A DNA stretch of 64,000 bases from Octopus vulgaris (lineage: Eukaryota): the NCBI GenBank assembly GCA_951406725.2, contig OX597814.1:68386001-68450000 (forward strand). Direction: 5' to 3'. Positions 39,780-54,249 of this stretch are shown one piece after another. The position numbers and the translations under genes were made by a program. The notes beneath the pieces were generated by a model that searched no databases, was not told where the DNA came from, and was given only the letters and a program-made list of their open reading frames with translations. Every line of letters begins with the position of its first letter. Position 1 is the stretch's first letter.

Positions 39780-41290
39780 TGCATATATCAAACTGGATTT
39801 TCTCTTCATCCATTATCCCGAAATGATTCTGGATATGGGTGAAATATGCATACATAGAAGTCCTTCGGCATGTCCATTCCGCCAAATACTCACCCAAAAC
39901 ATCTCGGTCTTCGACTTGTCCTCCCAAACCGGATTTCCTATCAACTGTTTGAAGTGAAGATAGGAGCTTATGTAATTCTTCAAAATTTACACAGCTTTTG
40001 GTTTAAATTAACCTTCTCACATTTCCAACCTGCATTCCCCCAGCTCCAGCTCCAAAACTTACCTTCCTGCTACTCATCTTTTCCCCTTTACCCCGCAGAC
40101 TCATCTGCACCCCACCTACTTTCCCTTCTTTTATCCATCTTACCCCTCCCAACACCATACAAACAAAAACCCTCCACATACACTAACTCGGGTTCCACAA
40201 ACACGCATATTTACACACTCGTCTTTTCGGCTACTCTTCTCCAACACATTTACGTCCTTCACTTATACACGCATACACACAGCTCTATTCACCTCTATTT
40301 TGTCTCTTTGATACACTTACACATGCATACACTAGCATACGAACACATCTACCCATACACGCATGCACTTCACACACCCACACACACATGCACACAAGCA
40401 CACTCATTGGCACTTTCATACAGTCTTCCACTCACTGCCTGTAATTATACACGCATTTATCCATTTATACACACTCTATTCGGCATGTTGTCTCTCTGGC
40501 ATACACATACTGACTAGCAAGCAGTCATACATATATCCACACATGCACCTGCTCTTCACATTCTCTGTCTGTCTGTCTCTCTCTCTCTCTCGCACACTCT
40601 CCCTCTTTTTTTTCTCTCCCTCTCACACACACACACAGACCACTTACTGCCCTTTTAGTACATGCACACTTCTACACTTCAACATTCGTTATTTTGATTC
40701 GCACATTTGAATCATCTATTTCTTTTTCCCTCCTCTGCCTGTTACTTCTGCTTGACCACTGTTCATTTTATTGACACACGCGCACGCTCACTCACGTTCA
40801 AATTCTTCTTCTACTCCTTCTTCTTTGTACCGATTCTTCTTTCAAAGCTGACGACTTTTATACTCCTACTTTCCTACTTCAGTGAACCAGTTTCCTTCTT
40901 CCCCGGAGGACGTTTGTAACAATGTCTTGCTTTTCACCTTCAAGCTGATGTTACTTTTTTTTATCGGATTGCGCCATGTTACCGGGCACTCTTTACCATC
41001 TTCTGAACTACAGTAATCTGCTATATAGCCTTTATACAAGAGAAATAAGTGAGAATGTTTCTGTATGGTTTGTGCGCAAATTTGAAGAGCATTCTATAAA
41101 CATTTGTTTAAAATGTTCCCGCACATATTTCTCGGACTATTTTAATCACATCGGAATTCAGTTACACAATCATCTTTATTCTATTCTTTTTCTTTGTTTT
41201 TTTTTTCTTTTTCGAACTTTAGCGTCTCGAACGTTACAACCAGCCACTTTTAGTTTCATAGCAGCACGCCTGAATAACACTTTTCAGCTG
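39780..41290 (+). mobile_element. Two degenerate Penelope-like GIY-YIG remnants (39780-40010 and 40976-41290) with CA/CT-rich tails
   Basis: RKFEEH...DYFNHIG and terminal AFGLN/ARLNN loosely resemble the RFxEH...HFN..GH...PxGLN pattern. Confidence 0.4.
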
Positions 41291-42474
41291 CTACTAACTT
41301 TTGTTTAAGTACTTGCTTACACACGCATAGCACCTTTAATCTTGCTCTTGCTCTTCACCTTTATTTCTGCATGAATAAATGCTCTCACGTCTTCACATTC
41401 ACGCCTGCACGTTACCCACATAATTGCACACACTCACACATACCATGAGCTCCTGTCCACACAAACCAAGCTTGCAACAATTTATACATACACCACACAG
41501 ATACACTTTGATACATGTATATAGAAACATGTAATACATGTACATTCACACCTCCCTCCCTTCTCAACTCCTGCCATGCAAGAGTATTCCCCTTGATTTC
41601 TAACTCTCTACTTTCCTGCTATACCCCTCCCCTCGTTCTGAATTTTTGTTGATATTGTGATCTTGTAAATATTTTTCTTTGAAGCACTGATTATTTTTCG
41701 TCCCCTCTCTCTTGCCCTTTCCATCTCTCTCTTCTCTTTCCTATAGTTCTATTTTCTTTGCCGTTTTAATGTAGGGTTAGCTCCCAAAACGTTATGACAC
41801 TCGTTTTTTAATTTTTTAAGTATTAAACGAATACTGTTTATCAAACTTTCTTAATCTTCAGTTGATATTTTTAATGTTTATTGACGTTACACTATCACAT
41901 TGATGGACACATGTATATTTACGCGTATGTGTGTATTTTTGTGTATATGTGTGTATGCATGTGTGCGATTATTAAAAAAAGCTAATGTTAATTAAATTCA
42001 TTTCAAAATATGGCTTGTTTTATATAACAGTATATGGCGATATATAACATCATCTCACAATCGATGGCAGTCACAATTAACCCTGGTGGCAGTTTAAACT
42101 CAGAATCTACTTCTGAAATTGAATATTGCAAGATAATTCAACGTCTGCTTAAAAATGTATTCCGTTTCCAAACACTCTGACAAAGTGATCTTAATTGTAA
42201 ATCGATTTGTTTACCTTGAAAAAAAAAACAACTATAAAATAACCCTTCTTCTTAGAATATAAGGAGATTCCATTCCTCATCATTATTTGCTTTTATCTCG
42301 GAATGCCACCAGTTCTTGAACTGACAGATTGTTAGATTGGTTAAATCAAAAAACTTCAATCATCGTCAATCTATTTGCAGTTTCATGGCTTTTCTTGATG
42401 CATTGCCATACTTCACAAAAGGTAATACCCTGTAACTGTGAAAATATTTCTAATCCGTATGTATATAATATTTG

Positions 42475-42725
42475 TGTGTGTGTGTGTGTTTGTTCCCCCG
42501 CCACCGCTTGACAACCGATGCTAGTGTGTTTATGTCTCCGTAACTTAGCGGTTCGGCAAGAGAGACCAATAGAATTAGTACTTAGCGGTTCGGCAAGAGA
42601 GACTAATAGAATTAGTACTAGCCTTACAAAGAATAAGTCCTGGTTTCGATTTCTTCGACTAAAACCTTTTAAGGTGGAGCTCCTGCATGGCCGCAGTCAA
42701 ATGACTGGAACAAGTTAAAGAATAT
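42475..42725 (+). mobile_element. Octopus-type SINE 3' half with a 37-bp internal tandem duplication
   Basis: acttagcggttcggcaagagagac(c/t)aatagaattagt occurs twice. Confidence 0.85.
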
Positions 42726-43031
42726 AAAAAAAAATAAAGAATACACATATACATACATATATCCTTGATATCCTATGTTACTTCCCGTCTACATATTAGT
42801 ATACAACTATTCTTATGCATACATTCGAATGAGATTGGTGGAATAAAACGGAACGTGATGAATAAGATATAATAAAACCGAATGAAATATACTGAAATAT
42901 AATAAATTGAATATAATGGTCTTAAGATGCACCTTCCGGGTGCTCTGAGATGTATCATCAATTATGTTTCTGGATCCTCATTGTCTTTCAACGGAGGTTC
43001 ATGAAATTTCATCTTGATATGCAAAACAGAA

Positions 43032-43883
43032 GGAACGTCTCAGAGGATGGTATATGCAAATGCGGAAAGGTCGGAACACTGAAACATATTCTATCCAACT
43101 GTTCATTAGCATTGAACAGGTATACATGGAGACACAACTTGGTTCTTAAGGTTATCTTCAATGCTATAAAGGACCAAATTCATCACAACAACACTGAGAA
43201 AGAAACGTTGAAAGTACCAATTAGAGATTTCGTTACCATCTTGCGCTCAGGTCAGCGGATCCGTTCAAGATGAAGAAACTTCCTGTGAGAGATGAAAAGT
43301 GGAACGGCTATTGGGAAGTGTGTGCAGATTTACCTGGGTGCCAGGCATTATGTCCCATCCCAGTTACGAAAGAACCGGACATTCTGATGTGGTGTGAAAG
43401 AAGGAAAGTTGTAAATCTAGTCTAGTAAATGGTTCCTCATGACGTTAACATGGACGCGCTCGGGCTCAAAAGATTGACCGTTATGTAAACCTCCTCGAGG
43501 AATGTGAAGACGCAGGCTGGAAAGCGGAGCATTTTCCTATCGAAGTTGGATGTAGAGGGTTTGTTCGACACTGTAAGACGACTGTTGTTATCGCTAGGCT
43601 TAACTCTTCGTAAGGTACATACCACCATGACCGATATCCAAACTACAGTGGAGAAGGCAAACCACTGGATTTGCTTAAAAATAAGCAATGAGTAATGGCT
43701 AGAGAAATAGTGAGCTTTATTTACTAACCAGTAGATCTAGCAAGCGGCGCCTCATATCAGTGAGGTGGTGGCCAGTGCGCATTGATGCTGTCGAGAGGTA
43801 GGCCTCGAAATGGCGCGCATTCTCTCCTGATGACCTCATACACTTGCTGGCTTCCGGTATGCGGAGTTCTCGACTAGTAGCAA
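43032..43883 (+). mobile_element. 5'-truncated HERO-like copy (knuckle, RLE, 3' UTR)
   Basis: CKCGKVGTLKHILSNCSLALNRYTWRHNLVL. Highly similar to 47354-48206. Confidence 0.9.
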
Positions 43884-44206
43884 ATGCCTCGGCTGTACTC
43901 TGACTTTTGAGAAGCAAGGAGTCTTACGTGATCACTCAACCTTTTAGAAATGGCAGTCAAATCTCCCTTAATTTATAGCCTGTAGGCTTTTGAAAAATAA
44001 AGGAACTCAGAATAATGTAGTTTTAGATATATTGTGTTTGAATTGAGAGAGGAGTTGTCTGCGTGCTCATTCGACCTATAAAAAACAGCAGCCAAAATCT
44101 CCCTCAGATTACAGCCGATAGACTTTAAAAAGAAAGAAACTTAAGAGTTGTGAAATCTTGTGTAATCTTAGATATATCATGTCTGAATAAAAATCAGGAT
44201 AGTCAC

Positions 44207-44515
44207 GTAACTGGGATGGGAAAGAATCCCTCACATCCAGATAAATCTGCAGGCACTTCCCAATAGCCGTTCCACTTTTCATCTCTCACAGGAAGTTTCT
44301 TGTTCTTCTTCTTGAAACGGATCCGCTGACCTGAGCGAACGATGGTAACGAAATCTCTAATTGGTACTTTCAACGTTTTGTTTTTCTCTCAGTGTTGTTG
44401 AAATGAATTTGATTCTTTATATCATTGAAAGGCCAAGTTGTGTCTCCATGTATACTTGTTCCATGCTAATGAACAGTTGGAAAGTGTTCCGACCTTTTCG
44501 CATTTGGAAGACATC
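44207..44515 (-). mobile_element. Inverted fragment of the same HERO-like element
   Basis: Reverse-complement homology to ~47380-47690. Confidence 0.85.
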
Positions 44516-47500
44516 TAAAACTTTGTGGTAGGTAGCCAAACCGGAAAGATGGTTAGGCATCTTGGAAAGACAAAGAGGACTGCTTGGAATAACGAGCGGA
44601 CAATAGGAAAGAGTGGCGTAGGCAGTGGACTTACAATCCTCGCCTTTGTAATATATTGTAACAGATACGAATGAGAATGACAGCTCCACGATTGACCGAG
44701 TGGTGGGAGTCGAGAATCAGTCAAACCCAGTTAGCACATAAATGACCTTGGACACGAGTACGGCTATTCATTCGAACAGCGACCGAATTGCAAACAACTT
44801 TGGATGCAAGCTGTGCTGTAGAACCTTTGCAACTGTGAGAGGCTTGAAGATACATTAGGGAAAGACTTGTGAGAAGAAGACAGAGCAGTGCGAATCATCT
44901 GGTCGTAAAACACGTGGCAAATCATCCCCGGATTCAAACCACAGCGGATAGATAAATGCTACAGCAAATACCTCTTCCCGTCAAGAAACTGCAAGTCATA
45001 AAACTGGTGCATCAGATAGTACTCAGAGGAAACCGAGGGTTGTGTGGCCTGCTGCTAATGAGAAAGGGAAATATAAAGAGCTTGAAAACAAAGTATGTCG
45101 AGCTCTTTATACAATGACAGGATCCACAGTGGAGAAACTTGGAAAATTAACAAGCTCAATTTACGATACAGGAAAGGAATTATTTTGAGTGAAAGAGTAT
45201 GTCCGATGAGCGAAAGAGAATGTCCGATGAGCGAAAGGAAAATGTGGACCAAGCAGGAGGAAATGGAAAATGAAGCAGTCGAGGAAGGAAAAGACCAGCC
45301 GAAGAAAGCGATTGAAATATGCTACAGAAGATGAAAAACCTGGCCTCGCGCTGCTGTATAACGATTTGAAAAGGAAATGTCGTTATGTGCAACGACATAT
45401 CCGCCGATATGAGAGTCGAAAGGAGAGTTAAAGGACTCGAAGGCAGTCTCTGAAGGAACCGTACAGGTTAACTAAGAAGCTGTTCACTGAACCGAAGAGT
45501 GGTTCTTTATCGTGCACGAAAGAAGAATTCGACGCTCATATCAAAGAAACCTACAGCGATCCGCACCGTAACCAGCCACTGCCACCATGGGCTAAATCAT
45601 CTCTCAGAACCAGATATCGAATTCCAGATTGGGGACATCAGGGAGAGATAGGTGAATGATTTCGTAAGAAAAGCTAGAGCAAAGTGTCCCAGGAGGTGAT
45701 GGCGTCTCATATAAAGTTTATAAATATTGCAATCGTCTGTGAAAGATGCTCTTCGTCCTACTCCGACAGCTGTGGCGTGAAGAGACTATAGTAGAGGATT
45801 GGTGTAATGCAGAAGGTATATACCTGCCGAAGGAGGCCAATGCAGAGACTATAAAACAGTTTAAGCCGATACCCTTATTGAATGTGGAAGGCAAGATCTT
45901 TATGGGAATTCTTTCGAGGAGAACAGTGACATATTTACAGAATAACGGATATGTTGATGAATCTGTTCAAAAGGCCGGAATCCCCGGGTTTCCTGGATGC
46001 GTTGAACACTGTTTTTCGATTTGAAAAGCGATCCAGGATGCCAAACAGATCGAGAGAAGTCTGAACGTGGTATGGCTTGACCTAGCTAACGCATATGGCT
46101 CAGTTCCACACGAATTACTGATAAGAGCCATGGACCACTTCCACATTCCAGACAAAGTGATCAAAATAATGAGGATGTACTATGACAGTTTCGAAATGAG
46201 GTTTACAGCTGGGAATTTTACAACAGATTGGCATCGATTGAGGTTGGCATTGCTACTTGCTGTACAATATCTGTCACGTGGTTTATCTTGATCATGGAGA
46301 TGATTTTGAAAGCTGTGGGTTTTTCGGAACAAATCGCCCATGTACAATCGCCTAAGAAAGCCTTCATGGATGACGTGACACTTCTAGCTACAGATAAACA
46401 AATCATGAAGAATGCCCTCATGGGACTAGACGAACTTGTGAGGTGGTCAAGGATGCGGTTTAGAGCAAAAAAGTCGTGTATTCTGACATTTGTTGAGGGA
46501 GTGCAGAAAGAATTTAAGTTTCGAATAGCTGAAGAAAGCATTCCAACAGTCAAAGAAGAATCAGTCAAGAGCTTGGGGCGAGTATACGCTGGAACATTGT
46601 CAGACAGAAGTCGTGGGATGGAAATTATGAAACAAGCCGAGGCTGGATTATCAGCGATTGATAACTCGAATTAGCAGGTAACTATAAAATTTGGTGCTTG
46701 CAGTTCGGCTTGTACCCGCGACTTTCGTGGCCACTTTTAATATACGAGGTAGTCTTATCGGGAGTTCAGATCATTGAACATAAATGTACTGTGTTCATTA
46801 GAAAGTGGTTAGGCCTACATTGGATGTTGAACAGTTCAGCTTTTATCGTCAAAGAGGTTCGTTGCAGCTACCACTGGCGTCAATAGTCGAAATATATAAA
46901 GTGGCGAAGATACGGACGGTGATGATGCTGAAAGAATCGAAGGACATGGAAATCAGGCGTAACCCACCAGAGGTGAAAACAGCCAGGAATTATAAAGTAG
47001 AAGCAGAGACTGATGACATCTTGTCTTTTCTTATGCACAGAGATATGGTGGGTGCAATGCAAAACCATTGGAAAGGACTTGGTTTTGGCACAGATCAGTT
47101 CAAACCGTTTGTGAGTATGATGCAGAGCGAACACAGATCTGTTGTTAGCAACAACGTCAAAACGAGAGAAGCAGATAGAAGAGAGCTTCATTTGATCCGA
47201 TGTATTCAACAAGGACAGATAACGAAATGGGAAGAACATGTTGTTGAGAGGAAAATAAGTTGGGATGAGATAAGGAAGTGCACGACATCTCGGCTAAGTT
47301 TTCTGATTCGTTCATCCTAAGATATTTTGCCATCACCTACGAATCTAGTAAGATGGAACGTCTCAGAGAATGGTATATGCAAATGCGGAAAGGTCGGAAC
47401 ACTGAAACATATTCTTTCCAACTGTTCATTAGCATTGAACAAGTATACATAGACACACCACTTGATCCTTAAGGTTATCTTCAATACTATAAATAACCAA

Positions 47501-48206
47501 ATTCATCACAACAACACTGAGAAAGAAACGTTGAAAGTACCAATTAGAGATTTCGTTACCATCGTGCGCTCAGGTCAGCGGATCCGTTCAAGATGAAGAA
47601 GAAACTTCCTGTGAGAGATGAAAAGTGGAACGGCTATTGGGAAGTGACTGCAGATTTACCTGGGTGCCAGGCATTATGTCCCATCCCAGTTACAAAAGAA
47701 CCGGACATTCTGATGTGGTGTGAAAGAAGAACAGTTGTAAATCTAGTCGAGTTAACGGTTCCTCATGACGATATGGACGCCGCTCAGGCTCGAAAGACTG
47801 ACCGTTATGTAAGCCTCTTCGAGGAATGTGAAGACGCAGGCTGGAAAGCGGAGCATTTTCCTATCGAAGTTGGATGTAGAGGGTTTGTTGGACACTGTGA
47901 CACGACTGTTGTTATCGTTAGGCTTAACTCTTCGTAAGGTACATACCACCATGACCGATATCCAAACTACAGTGGAGAAGGTAAACCACTGGATTTGGTT
48001 TAAAAGAAACGACGTGCAATGGCTAGAGAAATAGTGAGCTTTATTTACTAACCAGTTGATCTAGCAAGCGGGGCCTCATATCAGTGAGCTTGGGCCGATG
48101 TGCATTGATGCCGTCGAGAGGTAGGCCTCGAAATGGCGCGCATTTTCTCCTGATGACCCCATACACTTGCTGGCTTCCGGTATGCGGAGTTCTCGACTGG
48201 TAGCAC
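44516..48206 (+). mobile_element. Near full-length HERO-like (R2-superfamily, RLE) non-LTR retrotransposon, pseudogenised
   Basis: N-terminal zinc finger (CCRTFATVRGLKIH). RT motifs FKPIPLLNVEGKIF, VWLDLANAYGSVPH and AFMDDVT. CCHC knuckle. RLE motifs PDI, VELTVP and PIEVGCRGFVG. Structured 3' UTR. Confidence 0.9.
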
Positions 48207-49352
48207 TTGCATGTGCAAGTTGTTTGCAAGACAAATATGTTATAGAATAATTATGACAATGATAAAAATATATCATATTTGGGCTAGCTGTCAGGAGTTA
48301 TGCGGAACAGATGTAGTGCAGTGATAGAGAAAAAAATGTTCAGCATTCATGGATTCCCTCAAGGCATCATATTGCTTACGGTTTATGTACGTGTATGATT
48401 TAGGGGTGATGAATAGTTGAAGCAATGGGGAACAGAACTTATCCTTACCCTGAATGTCTCATTCTTATGTCAAACTGAGTTCAAAGTAGTCTGCGGTTCA
48501 TACATGGATTACATTTATTCAGTATTTCAAGGCAGATGATTGTCTATGTACTGTTACACCATCATGTCACATCGTTTAAATTTCATCGCAGATTATGACA
48601 TACGTGTCAACGTGTCGATACATCATATAGGGCGACACGAATTGACTTGTATTGTAAAGCCTATGCATGTGTAATTCCAGTGTAATATTTCTACTTCCAC
48701 GAGTGTTCATTCACTATGTTACATCGCTCAAACTTTATGATATGTTATGCCCTATTATGTACAATCCTTAATGAAATGATCGTTCGGTATACAGCGGGAA
48801 GTTGATTCGCTGATGTATTACCTTTTTTTTTAATTTATGGAGAACGGGAAAATCAAGAGACACAGACTGTGTGAGAGCAAGGTTGGCGCTGGTTTTGCAA
48901 ATCTAGGTGTAAGTATGTGAGATATATGAAGAAGTAAATGAGATGAATGAATGGTATATTTATATTTATAAGGTCAACGTCAACAAATTTGTCGACAAGT
49001 GCAGTTGGTGTTCATAGAAGAAAAGTGAGAATGAGAAGTGAAAGAAAATAGCAAACAGGAAAGTGGGTGGTTTAACCACATTGCAGCTGAAATGTGTTCG
49101 AACAAGAGTATGATTGAAGGCTTGAAACTTTTATGTATTTGCATGTAGCAAGAAGACATCTTTTTCATTTTGTTTGCAGAAATGCTCCAGTCGCCCATAT
49201 TTGACGCCTTGCTCCTTGTATTTCCAGCAATAATCCATGGTTCTTTAGGTTTCAGAAAACCTTATGTTTGAGTTTGCAGTCAGTGTCTAAAACATCTGCT
49301 GTATAAATTAGTTACTTTTCGAGGAATATATTATTCAAAGAATATCTACCAG

Positions 49353-49768
49353 AGGCGCAGGAGTGGCTGTGTGGTAAGTAGCTTGCTAACCAACCAAATG
49401 GTTGCGGGTTCAGTCCCGCTGTGTGGCATCTTAGGCAAGTGTCTACTGCTATAGCCCCGGGCCGACCAGACCTTGTGAGTGGATTTGGTAGACGGAAACT
49501 GAAAGAAGCCTGTCGTATATATGTATATATATATATGTGTGTGTATGTGTTTGTGTGTCTGTGTTTGTCCCCCTAGCATTGCTTGACAACCGATGCTGGT
49601 GTGTTTACGTCCCCGTCACTTAGCGTTTCGGCAAAAGAGACCGATAGAATAAGTACTGGACTTACAAAGAATAAGTCCCGCGGTCGATTTGCTCGACTAA
49701 AGTCGGTGCTCCAGCATGGCCGCAGTCAAATGACTGAAACAAGTAAAAGAGTAAAAGAGAAAAGAGAG
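49353..49768 (+). mobile_element. Octopus-type tRNA-derived SINE, full length
   Basis: ggcgcaggagtggctgtgtggtaag (A box), gggttcagtccc (B box), internal (TA)/(TG) tract, tail ggtgctccagcatggccgcagtcaaatgactgaaac followed by agtaaaag repeats. Confidence 0.9.
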
Positions 49769-51884
49769 TTTCTGAATTTACATCCTCGTTGAAATGACTT
49801 CCACATTAATTCTTGTCGTTGTATTTTGATTGAGTATTTGTTATCCTATATTGCCCAAATAGCTATAGTTAACCCACACAAAAGTTTTGCTGAAGATTTT
49901 GTGGTATCTGTGGTATATGGGACTGTTCCTGCTCAGTAGGATTATGAAATGTCTTAATGATTTTTAGGTACGTGGTATTTCGTTATGCAAGCATAATATA
50001 TTATATAGTATATTAAAAGTTTTTATAAGTTAGTACCCCTTCTGCTGCATTTATAATGCTTTTTACATTATTTTATTAAGGTTATTTCTACAGATAGCCT
50101 GTAGAAATTTTCCCCAGCACTGATTTTGCTATAACGTTTAGTATCGGGACGTCAGATGTAAACAAACAATGGGATGAGTGATAAAAATGGCCAATGAGTG
50201 TATATGCCATATTTCGTGGGTGTTTTGTCCCTTCAAATCCCATCTAACCCGTTCTCGCTTCCGAACACATTGCTTATACAGCCACCGCATACAGCGGTGT
50301 TAAGTTATTGGATATACCAATTTACATATTAAACGCACTCCTGAAGCCAGTATGTAATAATTAATGATTTGTAGGTAAGTGGTATTTTGTTATGCAAACG
50401 TAATAAGAAATGTCTGGCTATGTTTTCGGTTACATGCACACAAATAATTGATTGAACCAAACCATGTAAGTAAGGGATAGTGTTTTGGCTTTTTCATTGG
50501 AAATACCTATCCTTTGTATGTTATTGTAGCATGAGGCGGCTTTATTGTTTATATTCATAACTGAAGAGTGATTAGAAATGTTTCAACTGATGTTGACAAC
50601 GATATACTTGATAATTGTTAGCGGATGCTTGCAGCGGTATTTTTATAAGCCGCTTCCTCATTTGGCTATTGAGTTTGCAGTTAGTGTCTAAAACATCGAC
50701 TCTATAAATTAGCTCCTGTATGAGGTGGACATTTATATCGATATGTAGGTAGCTTACTATTTTTGTACTATATTATGTTCATGTTGGTTCATACGTCCAA
50801 TACAGTCATCTAATTTTAATAGAGTGGCAAGATTCTTTGTCTTAACAATTTTAATTTTTTGGTTTGATTTCATTATTGGTATTTTTGTCAGTTTCTTATG
50901 CGTAATTAGTTTTATCTGCTTTCCCAAATAAATTCAGTCTGGGAAGTATTGTCTTAGTTGTAAAACTTCATAGATTCTATAAGGTTAATCAGATCCTCTT
51001 GAAATGTCAGTAATGTAAAGAGATGCTTATTTGGTTTGGAACCATCAGCTGTAGGCGTATTAGACCTGCATTTATGGAAGAAGAATGTTCTAGTCGTACA
51101 TCAATCTTCTTTAAAAGTCATTTGATGCACAGCATCTTTGTTGAAATGTCGCTGTTTTGTTAGAGAATGACTGATTGCAAATCTCTCCATACCTTGATGC
51201 TCGTGTACATTGTTCAGCTGACCGGAATTCAGTAGAGGAATAGGTAATTTCAAGGCAACGAACGGAAGGAAGATTAATGAAATTCCCAGTTAGCGTATAA
51301 GTAATTTCATTCAAATACCAAGGAACAAAACTAGCTTGAAACTTCAATTTTATCCGACATGATATTTTAACTTGAAATGTCTGCCTACACTTGTGGTTAG
51401 AGATATTAGATAAACATACATACACACACAATGCACACAGATAGGTCCACACACTAACATACACACATATGGCTAGGTTGTTATGCTGCCAGTGGAAAAT
51501 ATTTCCAAGATCTCTGTTCATAAAAGTAATGTATATGTATCAAGGTTATTTATCTCGAGTATATTCGTTTACTGATATTTTGAATCAACAACATATAGTA
51601 TTTATTCCCGCTAATATTCTGGTGAGTTCGAACATGACATTCATAACAGTTTGCAAAATGATATATGAAGCATTTGTTCCTAACATTATACAATTCTGCA
51701 TATCATCTCTAAATGCTGTGTGGATCATTATTTTCTATAGAAAAAATCATAGCAACGATGTATTTTTTGAGAGAGGAAAATTAAATTTCTCTATGTCTGA
51801 TGCCGTGTAATGGAAATGTTGGAACCGGATTCACAGCCTGTCCATTGATATAACTTATCACTACTACAACTCCACGCAGAAATA

Positions 51885-53060
51885 TATCAGGTCATAAGTT
51901 CTGTCCGAATTTTGAATAAAGAAAACAAGTGACCAAATGTTAAATTTAATTGAAATTTAATCATCAACGTACTTTCCCTGATTATCTATGATTTCCTTCC
52001 ATCTATTTACCAGCTATTTAATCCCATCAATGTAAAACTCTTTCGATTTCAAAGCGAAGAACTCTCAAATGTCAGTTTCGACCCACTCTTGGATTGCGAA
52101 AGTTATGTCCCCCCAAATAATTCTGTAAACTACGAAACAAATGGTAGTCTGAAGGAGCAAAGTCGGGAGAATAAGGTGGATGAAGAATCTTTTCCCAACC
52201 AAGCACTTCGATCTTCTGTGATGTGATATTTGCTGTGTGGGGTCACGCATTGTCCTGATGAAACATAACTCCTTTCTTTTCGATTCAGTAAAGCAGGTCT
52301 TTTCTTTTTCAAAGCTTGGTTCAAACGCTCTAATTGCTGACAGTAGACTTGAGCATTGATTTTTGCATTAGGTGGTAACAATTCAAAGTAAATTACTCCT
52401 TTGCAATCCCACCAGATGGAGAGAAGAACCTTTTTTCCACGAAGTTCCCTTCACAGTTGTGGTTGAGCTTTTTCCCTTTTACCAAGCCACTGTTTATGAC
52501 GTTTAACATTTTGATAGAAGATCTACTTTTCGTCAAAAGTCATAAGTCTATCCAAAAAGGGTGAAGTGACTTCGCGAGAATGGAGAGAAGAGCAGATGTC
52601 AACTCGGGATTTGCGGTTGCTTTCGGACAATTCATGAGGCACCCATTTTTCAAGTTTAGGAACCTTTCCAAGTTGTTGAAGATGACGATGAACAATTGTA
52701 TGGTTTGAACTAATCTTTATTGCCAATTCTTCAACTGATAATGCAGGATTTTCTTCAAGTAATGCCTCAAAGAGCTTATCGTCAAACTCAACTGGACGTT
52801 CTATTCGATCTTCATCTTCAAGGCTGAAATCTCCACTTCTGAACTTTGCAAACTTTCTTCTGCAAGTTCTTTCATTCAAACATTCTTTCCCATAAACTGA
52901 GTGTATGTTACGAGTTGCTTCATCTGCAGAGTTTCCTTTTTTGTACTCATAAAGCATTATGTGCCTTAAATGCTCTTTGGGTACTTCCATGTTAGAAAGC
53001 GTTTTAATTGAATAAATTGTAATTCGATTATTCTGTAAAATAATATTTAATTATTTTAAA
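51885..53060 (-). mobile_element. mariner transposon, disrupted transposase
   Basis: ORF 52523..52990 has HTH, WVPHEL and TFDEK. Downstream frames have HQDNA and FSPTLLLQ (YSPDLAPSD-like). Only one likely TIR seen. Confidence 0.9.
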
Positions 53061-53114
53061 TGTACACAAATATATAAAAATAATTTTAAATTCCATTAGA
53101 CATGCAGAGTCCCC

Positions 53115-53156
<42 letters not shown>

Positions 53157-53387
53157 ACCCTCCTTTAGTGGGATTTGAACTATTATCGCTGAGAGCTGAA
53201 ACAAATACTGCAAGGCATATATCTGCTTTTTGAAAGACAAAGCTAAATCGCCACCTAAGATAATCGCTAACAGCTTTCTATTGGTCAAAAGCCACAGCAT
53301 CTCTATATTTGTTGTAAATATATTTCTGGGTTTGCGAAGTGGTGTGAATGTAGTGATACGTTATATCAATGGGTCGGTTGTGAATCC

Positions 53388-53388
<1 letters not shown>

Positions 53389-53450
<62 letters not shown>

Positions 53451-53630
53451 AACTCTCTTCTCTCTCTCTCTCTCTCTCTTTCTCCTCTCTCTTCTCTCTC
53501 TCTCGCTCTCTTTCTCCTCTCTCTTCTCTCTCTCTCGCTCTCTTTCTCCTCTCTCTTCTCTCTCTCTCGCTCTCTTTCTCTTCTCTCTTCTCTCTCCCTC
53601 CTTTGTCTCCTTTCTCTCTCTCTCTCTCTT
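53389..53630. repeat. Compound (CT)n microsatellite, one example of dozens of TA, CA, CT, AAT, GAA and ACT tracts in the window
   Basis: Seen directly. Confidence 0.95.
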
Positions 53631-54249
53631 GGAATCGGCAACGATGATCATGAACGGACCGTTCACATCTCGATTTTACTACTCTTTTCATCCTTTCTGT
53701 GGAAGCACTAAGAAAATAAAAAATAGAAAATCTACTAAAGTATAATGGAAATTTAATAGAAATAGATTCAAAACATGAACAAAGCAAAAATTATTTACTG
53801 ACAATGAAAAAAATAACAAATATATACTAGAAGTTGAAGTAACAGACAATTTTCAAATAATAGAGAAAGAACTATAGAACCTATCGCAAAACAAAATGCT
53901 AAATAAAAAGATTTTAGTGTATGAAACGATGGGAAACAAAGTTCTACGTGGGTTCTCCTCAGCAAGTAAGGGATAGCTAATGAAAAATAGTAGCAAAAGC
54001 TGAAGATCCAAAGACTCAAAGTGACGATCAAAAAATATTTAATTTGAACGTAGCATCAAAGGCTTTTAAGTATCTGCAGAATATACAGAGGCAAAAAAGA
54101 AACAACCAATCACACTGTTTTCTGAACGGTCAGTCTTTTCTAAGATAGAATACGCATATAGGCCTTATAAAAATTTTCATACATTGAAAATTATGCCATT
54201 ATTTTGAACCTTAAACAGAAAAGAGAAACATGAGCCAGAAACACTCTTA

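Noticed and set aside
43777-43840. Hammerhead ribozyme in the HERO 3' UTR
   Set aside because: CTGTCGA/CCGTCGA core, and stem I cannot pair. Kept only as an unclassified structure.
48837-49240. Possible + strand mini-gene (ATG...gtaagt donor, acceptor near 49178)
   Set aside because: The spliced product stops after about 41 codons and resembles nothing I recognise.
51111-51810. ORFs of 136 and 113 aa in non-repetitive DNA
   Set aside because: No recognisable domain and no convincing pair of splice sites.
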